This document shows positions 24,827-25,971 of a stretch of 25,971 bases of DNA, piece by piece (position 1 is the stretch's first letter; the number at the start of each line of letters is the position of its first letter). The notes under the pieces were generated by a model. That model was not told the DNA's origin and did no database searches. It saw nothing but the letters and a program-made list of their open reading frames with translations. Source of the DNA: a virus (Duplodnaviria > Caudoviricetes); IMG/VR virus record IMGVR_UViG_3300016466_000663, positions 1 through 25,971 of that record. One strand, 5' to 3'. The translations under genes were made by a program, and so were the position numbers.

Positions 24827-24991
24827 ATGGTTATCGTGTACTTTAAAGGGTTTAGGGTTAAATTAACCGGCAAAACGGAAACGGTTTACGGCGGGTACTT
24901 TGCGGAATTCATTTACCAAGAGGGTCCAAAAACTGGCGAAAAAGGATTAATGTCAATTGAATCGGTTAACCGTCAAACTAAAGGAGTTTAA
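24827..24991 (+). CDS. 54-aa early hypothetical protein
   Basis: MVIVYFKGFRVKLTGKTETVYGG...TKGV; strong RBS; below the track cutoff. Confidence 0.7.
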   Translation: MVIVYFKGFRVKLTGKTETVYGGYFAEFIYQEGPKTGEKGLMSIESVNRQTKGV

Positions 24992-24992
24992 G

Positions 24993-25178
24993 ATGTACGA
25001 CTATGATTTGATGATTGACATGGAAGAACTGGCTCTTGCATTCGATCACTGCGGGATTATTGAAATTCCCCTGACTAACGCTAGACTGCGCCGCGCTGCG
25101 CTGGAATTGGAAGAAAACGGAGTGATTGAACTAGTCGGAAAGAATCGGGAAGTAGCGGCATTCGCTAAAGTGTCCTAA
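24993..25178 (+). CDS. small early hypothetical protein
   Basis: AAAGGAG RBS before MYDYDL; the C-terminal LEENGVIE resembles a winged-helix end. Confidence 0.65.
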   Translation: MYDYDLMIDMEELALAFDHCGIIEIPLTNARLRRAALELEENGVIELVGKNREVAAFAKVS

Positions 25179-25194
25179 ACGAAAGGAGTTTATC

Positions 25195-25365
25195 ATGGGA
25201 ATTGAATACACGGGCACTTGTTCATGTTGCGGAATTAAAGTTGACAGCGAATGGCCTGCTATCTTTCTGTATAATGAGCCGTATTGTGAAAACTGCTATG
25301 ATGATGCGCTTGACAGTGATAGGGCACAGGACGAGCATTTTGCCGAATATGGCTGGCCAGAGTGA
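25195..25365 (+). CDS. 56-aa acidic zinc-finger protein
   Basis: GAAAGGAG RBS; MGIEYTGTCSCCG...YCENCYDDALDSD...GWPE; below the track cutoff. Confidence 0.7.
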   Translation: MGIEYTGTCSCCGIKVDSEWPAIFLYNEPYCENCYDDALDSDRAQDEHFAEYGWPE

Positions 25366-25373
25366 TTAACAAA

Positions 25374-25400
25374 TTGACACCTGTCAAAAAGTTCGACGGA
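25374..25400. promoter_or_regulatory. putative enhancer (UAS)
   Basis: TTGACACCTGTCAAAAAGTTCGACGGA contains the palindrome TTGACA-CC-TGTCAA and TGTC-N9-GACG; upstream of a sigma54 promoter. Confidence 0.55.
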
Positions 25401-25440
25401 TTTTGAAAACCAAGAGTGAATGAAAACAACAACTTGCGGC

Positions 25441-25456
25441 TGGCATACCGGCTGCA
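25441..25456 (+). promoter_or_regulatory. sigma54 (-24/-12) promoter
   Basis: TGGCATACCGGCTGCA (GG-N10-GC), then AAGGAG RBS and ATG at 25482. Confidence 0.7.
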
Positions 25457-25481
25457 ATAACTCAGGGCAAGGAGACACAAC

Positions 25482-25865
25482 ATGACGAAGATTGAAATGA
25501 TTAAGAATAGCATGGCGAAAATCAAGGCAGGGCAAGCGACGGTCAATAAGGCCCAGCGTGGTATGTCAATCCACAACGACACTATCGTGATCGCGGCATT
25601 CCAAGAGCGCGGTATTGAGGCAACGCCAAGAGTTGACGTTTTCACATTCAACGCATGGCTGGCAAAGGGTAGGGTTGTGCGTAAAGGTCAAAAGGGAGTT
25701 AAGATTGTGACCTTCTTTGAAAAGCCGGATGGCACTAAGGTATCCCGTAGCGTGACGGTTTTCCATGTTAGTCAAACGGACCTTGCGGATTCCCCCGCTG
25801 AACCGGCGGAAGTGCAGGAAGCGGAAACGTTGACAGACGTTAACGCTGCGATTGCAGCGAGCTAA
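25482..25865 (+). CDS. ArdC N-terminal-like ssDNA-binding (anti-restriction) protein
   Basis: FTFNAWLAKGRVVRKGQKG...VFHVSQT matches the ArdC-N signature; no metallopeptidase domain follows. Confidence 0.75.
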   Translation: MTKIEMIKNSMAKIKAGQATVNKAQRGMSIHNDTIVIAAFQERGIEATPRVDVFTFNAWLAKGRVVRKGQKGVKIVTFFEKPDGTKVSRSVTVFHVSQTDLADSPAEPAEVQEAETLTDVNAAIAAS

Positions 25866-25942
25866 GTTAAACGCGACGCGCCACGGATGGCCCGCATAGT
25901 CCCGCGTTACAAAAACAAAAAATTTTAAAAAGGTAGCGTGAT

Positions 25943-25971
25943 ATGGATCAAGTAGAAAAAATTATTGCATA
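25943..25971 (+). CDS. start of next early gene (partial)
   Basis: AAAGGT RBS, then MDQVEKIIA running off the window end. Confidence 0.4.

Noticed and set aside
25374-25402. TTGACA as a sigma70 -35 box
   Set aside because: No -10 box at 16-18 nt; it is better explained as half of a palindrome upstream of a sigma54 promoter.
23781-25775. Minus-strand ORFs in the early region
   Set aside because: Antisense to plus-strand genes and promoters that have strong RBSs.
1-25971. tRNA, rRNA, integrase or IS elements
   Set aside because: None recognised by eye; a tRNAscan-SE and Rfam run would be needed to exclude them fully.

Overview
Part of a tailed dsDNA phage (Caudoviricetes) genome with two divergent blocks. 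Positions 1-23141, almost all on the minus strand, form a late/structural region. In transcription order it holds small accessory genes, a PLP enzyme resembling plant TAA1/alliinase, an M15 endolysin on the plus strand, the terminase large subunit, a free-standing HNH endonuclease, and a portal gene split by a 260-nt ORF-less group I intron. These are followed by fibre/decoration genes, an 8-gene operon of probable capsid-internal proteins (Dps-like, HEXXH peptidase, R-S-E ADP-ribosyltransferase, and a peptide resembling the capsid N-arm), the scaffold, a decoration protein and the major capsid protein. Operons in this block are marked by a recurring TTAACAACTATA motif. After about 850 nt without credible genes, a plus-strand early region begins. 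It has three well-formed sigma54 (-24/-12) promoters with enhancer-like TGTC-N9-GAC sites, a type II hammerhead ribozyme and an ArdC-N-like gene. All calls come from reading motifs by eye; no database search or folding program was run.
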